A stretch of 62,986 bases of DNA, counting the filler, from Parasitella parasitica NRRL 2501 (Eukaryota > Fungi > Mucoromycota), in the NCBI GenBank assembly GCA_025201805.1. It is 9 parts of 9 records of this genome, joined end to end, with 100 filler letters (N's around TTAATTAATTAA, not from the genome) between each part and the next. Parts side by side here need not be neighbours in the genome. Positions count along the whole stretch, not along the records: positions 29,377 to 46,002 come from MU619470.1; positions 46,103 to 47,579 come from MU619630.1; positions 47,680 to 51,527 come from MU619536.1; 6 more parts are not named here. The stretch is one strand, 5' to 3'. Position 1 is the first letter of the stretch. Every line of letters begins with the position of its first letter. This document shows positions 38,489-50,809 of the stretch, piece after piece. Position numbers and translations under genes: made by a program. The notes beneath the pieces are model-generated. The model had not been told where the DNA came from. It saw nothing but the letters and a program-made list of their open reading frames with translations, and did not search any database.

Positions 38489-41172
38489 TCAATGGCACAA
38501 TCTGAAGCCCCCAAAAATGTAAGCGTACCCTGCTTGGTACCAATTTCTGAACGACCTGCGTTCTGCGATACGCGGGTGTGTAGCCCAACTTCCGCCTAGC
38601 ACGACGCAATGTTTACCATCGAAAAAATCAGCTGAATATCCAGGATATATTTGCGATGATTCGAAGCCTTGATGAGTGTCCCAGACTGTACTTGTCCACT
38701 CCCAGACATCGCCCAAAGCGTGCACCTTTTCGTTACTGACATCAGTAGGCGACCAATTTTCAAATCCAATGTTGGCCCACTTTTCAGTAGTTACGGAATC
38801 ACGGAAATGAAGAACCTCAGCCTCAGAAGGAAGGCGACTACCTTTGTGTTGAGCATAGGCGTTTGCTTGATTGAAAGATGTCTGCACCGGCCAGTTTTGA
38901 GCGTACACCAGAGGACAGGGTCCAAAGACTGTTTTTACAAACAATTGACCGTCTTGCTTCAGCCAGGACGCAGGAATTGAATCGGAGTGCGTCTTTTGGA
39001 GGAACTGAAAGTACTCGCCATTAGTAACCGGTCTTGCTTGGATCTCAAACGAAGGAATAGACACCTGCCGTTCAGGGTTCTCATTGTCCCAGCCAAATTC
39101 GTGGGCTTTGCTATCATTGTCTTTGGACTCGTAATCATCATGGCCTAGCGAGACAATACCACCAGGTAGTTTGAGATAGGGAGATTCAGCCAAAGGCTTT
39201 AAAGTAGGTGGGACATTTGAACGCATACGCAGCTTCCAGGAAGGAAGGGCGACGCCTACGGGAGGTAAAGTGTTGGGACTCTGGATCAACATGTACAGAA
39301 GAGTCTCAAGATGCATGGCCTCATGTTCAAAACACATCCAAACGACACGCGCTTCGCGCTGCTTTGTGTTGATCCAGGTGGAAGATTGCGTTTTGAAGGC
39401 CTCGGATTCCCAGAATACCAAGAGACGTTGCACGCGCTGGCGAACTTTCTTTTGGTAAGCCAGAATCGCGTTGACAGAAGGCCAATCGCTTTCGCTCGTA
39501 GGGACTGTAGAGTGAGGGTTGCATTGAGTAGGGTCATCTATATCAGGATCAATGCCTCGCTCAAAGATCTCGGCATAGGAGACGGGCTCGGTTAGGTCGG
39601 TGGGACCAAGCGCCTTGTCAACCTGATGGCGAGAAAGTTGGATGTCTACAAAGGCAGGAGTGTGACCAAGGTAAAAGATAAAAGGGTGACGTAAAGAGAT
39701 GGGGCTTTCGTATAGCATTGTACGATGGTTCAGCATATGCAGTGTTACCACATCCCATGATTTCCAAAGCTCTTGCCACTCGTGCAGAGAGGGAAGGACG
39801 TCGATAGGCCAAGTTCTGTTCATTGCATAGTCGAATGTCTTTGACTCGTCACTTTCAGTGGCTCGAATCAAGTCGAATTGGCCCTCATTGCAGTGGTAGC
39901 AGCGAATAGGCTCTTGATCAAACACGTCTTTGGATGGAAACAGCAGCTGGTGAATCTGCTTCAAGTTCCTTTCAAACATAAAAGGACGATTTTCTGCTAC
40001 GACCAAGCGATACTGGTGCTTAGAATCAGACCAGTATTCCACCACGTTAAGGTCAGCAGCAGTAAGGATACTTTCGACTTCATCCAGAGAGTACTTGTAA
40101 GAATGCTCAACATGAATCAGTTCGTCTTTCTGTATTGCGATGGCATAGTCCTTCTGAGACGTCTTGTAGCGAATGACCACGTCCCGCAAAGCACGATAAT
40201 GAGAAAGATGGCGGCCTTGCTTCTCTTGATAGATGGAGTGGTAATCAAAGTCGCCTCTGCGGATGAAGTTGTCTTGACCCATGATACGGTTAACATGGTC
40301 AAGGCCGTTCATGATAAACTCGCGGGTGACGCCGTGAGAGTCGTCATAAGCCAATTCAACTTTGGCAGGATCATTTCTTCGATCAAAGCCAATGACAAAA
40401 AGATCGCCAGGCTCCATGCACATACGCTGGAGTTTGCGCAAAAACATGGCAGATTCCAGGCGGTTTTGGTTGCCAATAGAGCTGCCCATCCAAAGAAAGT
40501 TTTTCTGAACGCTACGGTTTGTAAAGTTCTTGCTGATCCAAGGAATGCCTTGATCATAAGTGCCCAAGAGCCCATACAGTTGAACGAACTGGAACTCGCC
40601 TAAAGAGGCTAGTGATTTATCCAGCTCGTGTTGATCGAGATCCAGAGCATAGTATGTCACATGCACTCTCTTTTTCTCGATGGCTCTGAGGACAACTTGA
40701 GTTTTGCGAAGAGCACTAATATACCCAGTGCAAGAAGCTGTTAGCGGCATTGCAAGACACATCCGAATATTCACCCAACTTACCCAGCACCTAGTTCAAA
40801 GATTGCACTGCCATCCTGAAGACGATCCACCATTTCCTCTGATCTACGGACCAAAATGTCCAGTTCAGCACCGGTCAAGTAGTACTCGTCATCCAGCTGA
40901 GTGATTTGGTCAAACAGCTGCAAGCCCTTCTTATCGTACAAAATGTATGTTGGGATTGACTTGTGATCGGCAGGCTTGTCCAGCGATTCCAAGATGGTGT
41001 TTACTAGGTCAGATCCATTAAACGCATCCTCAGAGCTATCAGAAGTCTGTGGCGAGGGAGGTCTAGCAATTACAGACACATCTTGAGCGGTTTTCCTGCC
41101 GCATGGGATAGGATCCCGAATGTCAATGATGTTATATCCCGTTGAGGGAGGAGATGGGGCACGGAAAGACAT
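38489..41172 (-). CDS. egt1: Ergothioneine biosynthesis protein Egt1 (histidine methyltransferase fused to sulfoxide synthase)
   Basis: Intron 40716-40783. EgtD motifs LYDKKGLQLFDQIT..EYYLT, ELGAG.LRKT, GSSIGN and AYDD..GVT.EF..NGL. EgtB motifs LRHP.IFYLGH and EHEAMHLETLLYM; FGE-sulfatase end GGSWATHPRIA..SFRNWYQ. Confidence 0.96.
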
Positions 41173-41763
41173 TTTGCAAGATGTGTTGTTTTCTGTTGAA
41201 GAGTGGTTAAAAAAGAAGAAGAGTCGTGGACATGGGAACACACCAGTTTGACGTATTTATAGCTAGGGCAAAACAAAAAAAATGCCACGCAACGCATTAT
41301 ATTATACATAATTCAAAACCACTGTATTATGAATCATGAAACATGGGGATTTTTAATTTTTAGATCAAATTTTGATAAATTGAATATTCACATCAAAGCG
41401 TTTTTCTGACTTTTTTCGCTATCGACGGTGATGTGGTTTGGCGCATTCAAGATGAGTTGGAATGCCAGAAAAAGCGTGCGAAAAAAAACATTTGTTTATC
41501 ATTGCGTCATGTTGCTAATTCACATTTTGGCGTTGCATTGCTAATGCAAACAGAGGAATTATTGTACAGTCAGGCCTACATATAAATTGGCTTTTTCCAA
41601 AAAATAATTGGCCAAGGTTATTATTCGTTCTGGATATGGAAATTAAAAGTGTGACTACAAATTTCAGTCATCAAATGATTTTTGCTTTCAACATACTTAA
41701 CTTCTTTAAAAGCTCTAGAATTCTTACAACCTTTGACAAGAATAAAATAGGATTCGTAATCTA

Positions 41764-42680
41764 TAAATTTTGTCTACTATTCGATGTTTGGATTCGAGAA
41801 CTTATCACTCTTCTGGTGAGTATTTGTATAAATATTATAGGATAGTGGAAGGTTAAGGGTATTAATGGTCTTTTTTCTTTTTACAAGCAAATTTGGATAA
41901 GGAGAATGCATTTATGGCTGTTGCTGGAACATATGTCTTGTGTTATAGATGTATGATTGTGGTTTTCCAGTAAGGAAGTCCCCGATTCTTGATATACGTG
42001 TCACTATAAGATGATATCTTGTAGTATCTGCAGCCTTTGTAAATGTATTCTTCTACAACCTTATATGTATTATTAGCTTTCAATCTTGATGTAATAGCGA
42101 TGGATTTTGTGACATGGAAACATTGTTTTCAAGATTGTAGCTAGAATTGTAGACAATCATCAAACTTTAACTGCCATGTTTGGTGTCTTTCGAGGGGATG
42201 TCTGGATTTACACATGTAAATCTTGTCTATTATTCGATGTTTGGATTCGAGAACTTATCACTTTTTTGGTGAGTATTTGTACAAATATAGGATAGTGGAA
42301 GATTAAAGATATTAATGGTCTTTTTTCTTTTTACGAGCAAATTTGGATAAGGAGAATGCATTTATGGCTGTTGCTGGAACATATGTCTTGTGTTATAGAT
42401 GTATGATTGTGGTTTTCCAGTAAGGAAGTCCCCGATTCTTGATATACGTGTCACTATAAGATGATATCTTGTAGTATCTGCAGCCTTTGTAAATGTATTC
42501 TTCTACAACCTTATATGTATTATTAGCTTTCAATCTTGATGTAATAGCGATGGATTTTGTGACATGGAAACATTGTTTTCAAGATTGTAGCTAGAATTGT
42601 AGACAATCATCAAACTTTAACTGCTATGTTTGGTGTCTTTCGAGGGGATGTCTGGATTTACATATGTAAATCTTGTCTAC
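41764..42680. repeat. Direct tandem duplication with a ~450-bp unit (x2)
   Basis: TAAAT.TTGTCTA.T.TTCG recurs at about 41764, 42217 and 42667; the units are nearly identical. Confidence 0.95.
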
Positions 42681-44062
42681 TTTTCGGTTCTTAAACAGTC
42701 TGTACTATTGCTACCATGTTTTCAAGTATCCTTGAATATGGTAATGTATTTGTATTTTAAAAGATCTGCGAAATTTCTAATATGTATCTATGCTAGTCTA
42801 AAACAAATAAGTAGAGGTGTGATATTCGAAAATAGATTCACGGAAAAAAGAAACGCTTCTTTATCGACATTATTTTTATTTTTATTTTTATTTTTATACT
42901 TCTTTATCGTCTTCTTTTGGGCAAGTCTAAATTGATGTCATTCAAATTACTTGGCCAATTTATTACATAAAAAACCTTCGTCGTGTCGCTGATATCTTCA
43001 ATCTTCTATACTTGGGTAAATGCTGAGGATTTCCGTATTTAGAGAAAAAGAGTAATTGCTTTGTTTTATTCATAGTGACAATACAAAGAATTTACATTGT
43101 GAAATAAGCTATTTACAGCATATCTTTAAGTTCAAGGAAGCCATTAAAAAAGGTTATGGCTGTCTATTGACAACATCTGTGATTCTGGGTGTAAGTGTGT
43201 CTGTTAGTTTTGGATCAAAAACCTTCAACTTGATTCTGGAACGGAGAGCTTGAAGATAAACACATTTATCTCCTTGGGATTTCATAAATTTCTATACAGA
43301 TAATTTTTTATGAATGGTTGTGTCATCCTGGTGGCAGATTGTTTCCTTTTCTCTGGCACTTTCTTATACCTTCAGTTGATCTGGCGTCTTCTAGCGTAGA
43401 AGGTCTTGTCAGACAAGTGCCAAGCTGGGTTTTCTATATCCAGTTGCACAGTAGAACAGCTAGTCAACCTGTGCCATTTTCCCCATAATATTGGAATGGT
43501 TCAAAAGTTTGTGTCCGTAAAGCGTAGGTTTTAGGCGCCTGTTTTATTTTATTTTATTTTTTTTGGTCTGCGTGAACGTTAGTGTGTTTTGTCAGAAAAA
43601 AGCCAAAACTGTAAGAAAACAATGTTTAGCAATCTCAAACACAAAAAAAAGTAACGTAAAATAATGCATTAAACTGTAAGACATCTTTTGAATACATATT
43701 TGCATAGCTTAGAGCAAGTTTTTGTACTTTTTAAGTTGACATCAGATGAAGGTAACGACTTTTCTGACTTTTTTCCGAAAAGTGTTTTTCAAAATCGGAG
43801 CGTGAGATCGTCAGGCCAATTACACACATGCAAGTACTACCATTAGAAAGCCAAGAATCACACTATTTAAATAAACTAGTTTGCAATAGTATTTTATTGA
43901 ATTGGGTAAGCTATGGCTTCTCAAAGCTATAGCTTTATCCAAAAAACACAATTTTTCTTTAATGGCGGAGATTAAACGCATCCAAAATCAGGAAGGAAAA
44001 ACTCTTTCAAAAACTCCATTTGGACATTTCGAAAACAAAATTACATTATAGCACTTTTTCGC

Positions 44063-45538
44063 ATGGTAGAATCACAACAGCAACAGCAACAATCTTCTAG
44101 CGATTCCAACAACAGGAGGCCCATGTTATGGACCCATGTTGTCAAATCTCGAAAAAAAGGCAAAAATCAAAAGGAACAGATTGTTTCTTTCAACCCAACC
44201 TTGATAACGAGACCAGTAACTGAGGCAGAGTCGACTCAGAATGCACTCAACGGCGCTACACCTCCGGCTCCCATGGCCGTTATACGTCCGTTCATTAAAG
44301 GAATGGAGCAGGATTCTATATTAATTGACCTTACGACTATCAAAGATAGATCGCTCTTGAACAAAGAACTTCTCAAGTTCAACGAGGAAGCTGAAAAACA
44401 TGGACTTACTGAAGAATTTTTGGGTTATCGACGCCAAACCCGTAAATATCTTGGACATGAATTCCTCGAAACGATGTGGACTCCTTCTTCTCCTAGCCGC
44501 CAGACTATCATTGACTCTGGTATCACTCTTGAAGATGGCACCTTTGTTAAAGGTTTCCCATCCTACAACGCGGACGCCACCATTGTTCGCTTGAAGTTGG
44601 AAAACCTTCCTTTTCTTCCAGCAATGGAACGAAAAGACGAAATGGCAAAACGTTTGTCTGATTTTGGCAATGTTTTGGACCATGGCATCTCTAAAACAGA
44701 TGGCATCTTTCATGGGGAAGGTTATGCTACCTTAAACCTCACCGTCAAAAACTCTGCTGAGAGTCAGTGTCAGGAAACACACACTCATGGATCATCTTGT
44801 TCGCGCTTCAACCAATTGGAGCAGCTATCTCGGGTTATTATTTGGGACCCTCTTGCAATTGATCCTCGCAAGATTCTCTTACAATGGGATACTATGCCTA
44901 ACTTTTGTCGCAACTGTCAAGCTTCTGATCACTGCCGTGCGGATTGCCCGGATTACAAAAAATGGGTTAGATGTTACCATTGCAACAAACATGGGCATGT
45001 TGCCAAAAACTGTGACCGAAACAATTCTGAGTCAGTGCCAGCAAAAGTGAGGGTTGTGGAATCCTCCCCTTCCAAAACCAAGGATCGCAAAAGCAATAAA
45101 ACTACTGCCTCATACAAAGCGAATACCCAGTCATCAGTTGCTACTGGTACTGGTACTGATATTTCCAATTCGAATTATGTTAGCATCAACGGGAAAGAAG
45201 AGGACCAGTTGATGGGCGAAGTTTCTCGCCCACCCTATGAGACAGCAGACGAGCTAATGGGAATATCACTAGATTCTGCTGCCACGGATACATCGAATGA
45301 GGGTTTTGAGGATACCCTTCCTAAATCCACTTCTGTTATTTCTGATGCTATGGCATTAACCCTTGTCTCCCGTGATATACCGACGGATCGATCTTCTACT
45401 GTGGATCCTTCCAAACCAGCCTCGAAATTTGCTAGAAGAAACAGTTCTTCTGATATTAGTTCCATAAGAAATCAAGTTAATGAACAGAGCAGCTTGCTTC
45501 CTGCCTCGCCAGGATCCCAACCTCCGCTTAATCAATAA
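44063..45538 (+). CDS. LINE (L1/Tx1-like) ORF1 with RRM-like region and two CCHC knuckles
   Basis: CRNCQASDHCRADC and CYHCNKHGHVAKNC; RRM-like LENLPF...LSDFGNV; directly followed by an APE ORF. Confidence 0.88.
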   Translation: MVESQQQQQQSSSDSNNRRPMLWTHVVKSRKKGKNQKEQIVSFNPTLITRPVTEAESTQNALNGATPPAPMAVIRPFIKGMEQDSILIDLTTIKDRSLLNKELLKFNEEAEKHGLTEEFLGYRRQTRKYLGHEFLETMWTPSSPSRQTIIDSGITLEDGTFVKGFPSYNADATIVRLKLENLPFLPAMERKDEMAKRLSDFGNVLDHGISKTDGIFHGEGYATLNLTVKNSAESQCQETHTHGSSCSRFNQLEQLSRVIIWDPLAIDPRKILLQWDTMPNFCRNCQASDHCRADCPDYKKWVRCYHCNKHGHVAKNCDRNNSESVPAKVRVVESSPSKTKDRKSNKTTASYKANTQSSVATGTGTDISNSNYVSINGKEEDQLMGEVSRPPYETADELMGISLDSAATDTSNEGFEDTLPKSTSVISDAMALTLVSRDIPTDRSSTVDPSKPASKFARRNSSSDISSIRNQVNEQSSLLPASPGSQPPLNQ

Positions 45539-46002
45539 TTTAATAAATATTATACACCATACAGTTAAAATCGCCACCCTTAATTGCCGTGGCCTCAAAA
45601 AATCAGAAAATCCAAAAAAAAGACAACAATTCATTAGATATCTTAGAACACTAGATTACGATATTTTAGTGCTCCAAGAAACACACGCAACAGAATCTAT
45701 TACCATGGATCTTTTAAATAATCATTTTCAAAGCAAGTCGAGCCATTGGACTCAACATTGCGGCATCGTATCTTTATCCACCAAATTTTCAATTCATCCT
45801 ATATCTGAAGGCATTGATGGCGGTCGTTATATCCTAGCATCCATTCATTTGACACAGGACTATGAACAATCAACTACTACGCCTCCACTAGCAACTATAT
45901 TAAACATTTATGGTCGATCAGCCCTTCATTCTGTTCGATCAGCTTTTTATTTAGAATTACTTGACATTCCCATTGTCAAAGACACTATTACATCAACACC
46001 CA
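45480..46002 (+). CDS. LINE ORF2, AP-endonuclease N-terminus (cut by gap)
   Basis: KIATLNCRGL, DILVLQETH, GRYI and ILNIYG. Confidence 0.9.
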
Positions 46003-46445
46003 NNNNNNNNNNNNNNNNNNNNNNNNNNNNNNNNNNNNNNNNNNNNTTAATTAATTAANNNNNNNNNNNNNNNNNNNNNNNNNNNNNNNNNNNNNNNNNN
46101 NNACTGAAAAAATAAGACTCAAATTGTTATGCGCAGAGGATATATAAATATGATCTGCTCAAAAAAATGTATAACTTTATAGAAATAAAATCAGACACAA
46201 AAACTAATGACTTTATTGATAAGAAAATGCCATCTTTTTATACTAGATTATATCTATTGTAACACTATTTGTCATCATGGTTAAACATTGAACTTGGTAT
46301 GTAATACCAAGTTTATATTACATGTTCTACTGTACATTAATAGCTTATTCCTTGTCATTGTATACAAAGAATTACCAATCTAATAATTGCTTAATCTCAT
46401 GCCTTTCTGGCACAACACAAATGTCACACATATCGTATTTTTATA

Positions 46446-46555
46446 TCAAACTCACAAAATATTTGGGGGTATCTACAAAATCTGAAAATAAATCTCACAA
46501 AAATGATCCAATCAAACTCACAAAAATGACCTAGTCAATCTCTCACAAAAATTAC
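46446..46555 (+). repeat. Four short CTCACAAAA(A)T direct repeats
   Basis: Motif visible four times within 110 bp; probably subterminal repeats of a DNA element. Confidence 0.6.
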
Positions 46556-46587
46556 TTAAGGAACCAACAGTATTTAGGAATAACAAC

Positions 46588-46952
46588 TGCTAAAAATTAA
46601 AAAAAGCTTAGAAAAATACAATTATAACTCTTCTTGGTTTATTAAAGTTAAAATGTAAGTGAAGTTCTTGTTAGCTCCTTGAACTTCATCTTATTTATAG
46701 TAAAGTAAAATATAGTGAATTCAAGTTACTAATGTAATAACTTGATCTTGATTGATGAATTAAGCTTCATGAGAAAGTAGTAAGCAGTGATTGATTAATG
46801 TGGAGTACAAGTTGTACAATCGTCTTTAAATGTATAGTATTAATGGTATAATTCTTATTATTAATGCTTTATTCTCAGGATCTTAGTCAAGAACTATGAT
46901 CTGCTTTACTAATTCAATATGATGTGTGAAAGACTACCAGTAATTCACATCA
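46588..46952 (-). mobile_element. Solo LTR, family D
   Basis: Termini TG...CA; TSD ACAAC (46583-46587/46953-46957). Minus strand reads TATAAATA, hairpin TGAAGTTC/GAACTTCA, then AATAAA. Confidence 0.8.
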
Positions 46953-46996
46953 ACAACTTTGATAAAAAAAATCATTTTATTCAATAAAATATAAAA

Positions 46997-47211
46997 CTAA
47001 TTTTCAAACGTGAGATCTTCTCCAGCAATACATCTATTGACATTATTGACACAATGATGGACCCATCCTTCACAGTCTTGAGGCGTTATTTTCTTCTCTG
47101 CTTTTTTTTTAATGAGCTCCAAGTGATAGTCTCTTTGTTTTCCTTTGGGTTCCTTCTAACAAAGTTTTTCAATTTGTTGAAGCTAGTTTCTATAGGATTT
47201 AGCATAGGCGA
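46997..47211 (-). pseudogene. IS630/Tc1/mariner transposase C-terminal remnant
   Basis: SPMLNPIETSFNKLK..VRRNP...ITPQDCEGWVHHC (SPxLNPIE catalytic-Glu motif), frameshifted. Confidence 0.75.
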
Positions 47212-47411
47212 TCTGCCACAATTATAGACAGGAGATCATGGCAATGTACTTCAATTGAAGATTGAAGGTTGTCCAATGATGTGATGTGATACGCTTGTGT
47301 AAATTGGAGAAGAAAGTCTCTGTTTCAAATCAAGAAGGTTATTCCTGTAAGTAACACAGATCTGAGCACCAGGATAATATAAAGGTTAAGGCATTGTCAG
47401 ATCAAAGACGT

Positions 47412-47579
47412 TGCGATAAAAAAATATAATAAAAAAAGCGGAAAGGATATGCAATTATAACTCTTCGATATTTATTCAAAGTTAAAAATGTAAGCCAAGA
47501 TCCATCAAGTTGAAAGATCTTGGATGTATTTATATAAAATATAATCTGTATATTTCATGTTACTAATGCAGTAACTGGA
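47412..47579 (-). mobile_element. Partial LTR related to family D (cut by gap)
   Basis: Shares CAATTATAACTCTTC...AAAGTTAAAA.TGTAAG...GTTACTAATG with 46588-46745. Confidence 0.65.
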
Positions 47580-47679
47580 NNNNNNNNNNNNNNNNNNNNN
47601 NNNNNNNNNNNNNNNNNNNNNNNTTAATTAATTAANNNNNNNNNNNNNNNNNNNNNNNNNNNNNNNNNNNNNNNNNNNN

Positions 47680-50097
47680 TAAAGGAGCAGGACTGACGGT
47701 TACATATATAAATGGTATATAATTTGAACATGCATTTGAAATCATCGAATTCAATGATACAATGGCAGAAGAATTTGATATACTCTTGGGAGTTGACATC
47801 CTGCCTAAGCTTCGTATTTATTTAATTGGTGTCGCTCATTGCTGGGCTGATAATCGAGATAAAGAAAAGAGCAACTCAAAAATATCAACTACGATGATGA
47901 CAAGGCTTACAATCCTGAGGATGCAAATTATTGATCCCCAAAAGAGAGAGAGAGATCCTTATGAAGCAAATTGAGGAAGCTCTGGAGGCGAACAAAAGTA
48001 TACCTCCTGATGCCGTTTGTACTATGCCTGAAAGTGTGGTACACATTCCTATCTCATATCCCAAGGACTGCTATGCAAGACAATATCCTCTTGCTATTAA
48101 TGCACACAAAGAGATTGAAAAGCAAATCAAAGAATGGCTTGAATGCATAATCGTGGAAAGATGCAAACCTTCATCTGTATTTTATTCTCCCTTTTTGGCT
48201 GTATTAGCAAAGAAGGATGAAAATAACAATGTTCCCAAGTTGCGAATCTGTTGCGATTTGCGCAAAATCAATGCTGCAATCGACAAAGATTATCATGAAA
48301 ACCTCGCCATTCCAAAAGTTCAAGATATATTTGAAAAAGTCTCTTCTAGCGCTCGTATAATAAGTAAGATCGATCTGCACCAGGTATACCATGCGTACGA
48401 AGTGCACATTGATTCACGTAATGCTTTAATATTTAGCCATAATAGACTTTTTTACGATTGGTGTCGTGCCCCATTCGGATTGTCCTTTATGTCTTCAAAA
48501 TTCGTCAAATGTATGTCTATTTTGCTCGAAGGCATTCGTCTTGAATTGCAACACAAAATGGAAAAGCTTGGAAAATTTCGCATCATGGACTCGTCACAAA
48601 AAGCTGGCAATAGTAAACGTACCGTGTATGGAGGCGTTGAACACTATTTAGATGATGTGGTTCTGTATACAGTGGATATACCCAGCCACATAATCTTGAT
48701 TAATTTAGTTTTGTTGAAACGGCTGACAAAAGTTAACTTACGAATAAACGCTGCAAAATGCACTTGGTTCCAGACATCTGTCTTTTTATTAGGATTTGTA
48801 GTGGGACCTGGTGTTACCAAATTGGACATGCGCCGTCTATCCAATGTTGACGAATGGCCCGTTCCCACAAGCGCCAAACAAGTGCGTAGCATCATGGGTG
48901 TTGTCTCATTTATGAGAGACTATGCGCCAATGCTATCCAAAGTCGCCGAGCCTATTGATCGACTAAGCAATGATCATGATATAAGGAATAACTGGAATCA
49001 GTTGCACACAGACCGTTTCAATGCGATCAAACAAATATTATTATCCAATCAAATACTGCATGCTCCTGATTTGAATGCTAAAATGTACCTTCTAGGAGAA
49101 GCTTTATTGTATGATGGGATCGCCGCTTGCTTGTATCAAAAAGATAACCTCCTGGGCCGTATTAAACATACTGGCTTTTTCAGTCGATCCTTGAGCGAAT
49201 CCGAAAGAAATTGTCTAAAAATAGACGAGAATGCGCAGCTATTGTGTTTGGTATTGTCAAATTCAAATCTTTGCTTTGGGTACAACATCCAAACATTGAG
49301 GTGTTGTTAACTCATTATTTGGCTTTGACATTTATGTTTACCTCAACTGGCTTAAATAGCACATTACAGAGTTACTTGGAAATCCTTGGAGAGTACAATT
49401 TCACTGTTTCACACGTCAAAGGCATTGAAAATGTGCTATGCAATGCGATGTCTCGTCTATATCCCCCAATTGAGGAGGACAAATTGTTGGCAGATGAAAC
49501 TGACAAGCAAATTAAGAGATTGCAAAAGCTAATCTTAATAAAACGAGCCTCTAATAATAGAAAAACAGCTTGTTAAAGAGACAACCTTTTATAGCAAAGA
49601 CAAAGATCTAAATGTGTTGGCTATCAAATTAAATGATAAATCCTTCAAACAATCAACTACTGATTATGTGTGCCCTCCAAAAAGTGAATGTGCTCAAATA
49701 ATCAGTGATGCTGCCCATAAATTAGGAAATTTTGGCGAAGCTTCCGTAGTTGCTCATATTCACACATACCATGGCCTACACTGGAAGAGCATTTTTGCCG
49801 ACGTTAAAGAGATCTTATAAAATCTTGTCGTGAATGCGCTCAACATAATATTAGCAAAAAAAAGGATTTAATCCGGCCAAGAGCATCGTAAGCTTTGAAG
49901 CATTTGACCATCATGTCGCTGTTGATCTACTTCGTCCGCTTCATGTTACTGATAAGGGTAGTGTTTATTACCTTGTGCTGCTTGACTTGTGCACAGGCTA
50001 TGTAATCCTTCGTGCACTACCAAACAAAAAAACATAGTAGCACTACTGTGGCCCAATGTATCGTGGATATATTTGGAGACTATGGTGTTGTTGCTCT
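47680..50097 (+). mobile_element. Second decayed Ty3/gypsy pol (PR end, RT, RH, partial IN)
   Basis: FDILLGVDIL; RQYP; LRICCDLRKIN; SKIDL; APFGL; YLDD; HVKGIENV...MSRL; IN zinc finger; frameshifts. Confidence 0.92.
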
Positions 50098-50721
50098 TGT
50101 AATGAAATGGCACCCATTTTATGGCACCACAATTACATTAAAATAAAATCCAGATGGATCAGCCATAATCCATCTAAGAAAGAAATACATGAAAAGCACA
50201 AGTAAACATTAACAAGTGTTGGTAGAATCTTGCACTCCGGATCAAAGTAAAATCTCCTACAAGCCTGGCACATGCTAATGTCAAACAACGCTGCTCATGA
50301 TCACAAAGAAACAAATTCCAAAGATGTATAAACAATGCAATTGTTAAAATAATTGCAATAATTCTAGATGCAAGAAATGGCTTGTTTATTACACAATAAG
50401 GAAAGCTCAGTCGCATTAGAATTAATCAGGATCCTCAAATATCACAACCCTGCCCAAAACCATAGTATCAATTTCAATACCAACATATCGAAAACTCAAC
50501 TACAATACAAGTGAGAGAATGTCAACAAAGATCATTCTTCGAATAAGCTGTAAAAGAAGTGTTTTCACTGTAGTAGAGCAATTTTACAAGTGATATAAAT
50601 ACAAGCTCTCATAAAGAGCATGTATCTTTTCTTCAGTTTTTTTTATTCGAAAATAAAGGTGAAAAGACGACTATAATTGTATTTGTCTGGCTTTTTTTTT
50701 TATTTTTTTTTTATTTTCACA
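50098..50721 (+). mobile_element. Probable LTR truncating the integrase
   Basis: Termini TGTAATG...TTTTCACA. TATAAATA, GCTCT/AGAGC hairpin, AATAAA and a T-rich end resemble the D-type LTR end. No clean TSD. Confidence 0.55.
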
Positions 50722-50809
50722 TAAAATTGATCCCAATTTTATTGCAATGCTCATTGTTTATGTTCAAATAAAGTGGGAAGATGATTATGTATTTTTTAAC
50801 TCTGATTAT

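Noticed and set aside
50093-50609. GCTCT as a TSD delimiting a 507-bp insert
   Set aside because: The second GCTCT is one arm of the post-TATA hairpin, and LTR-like sequence continues to about 50721.
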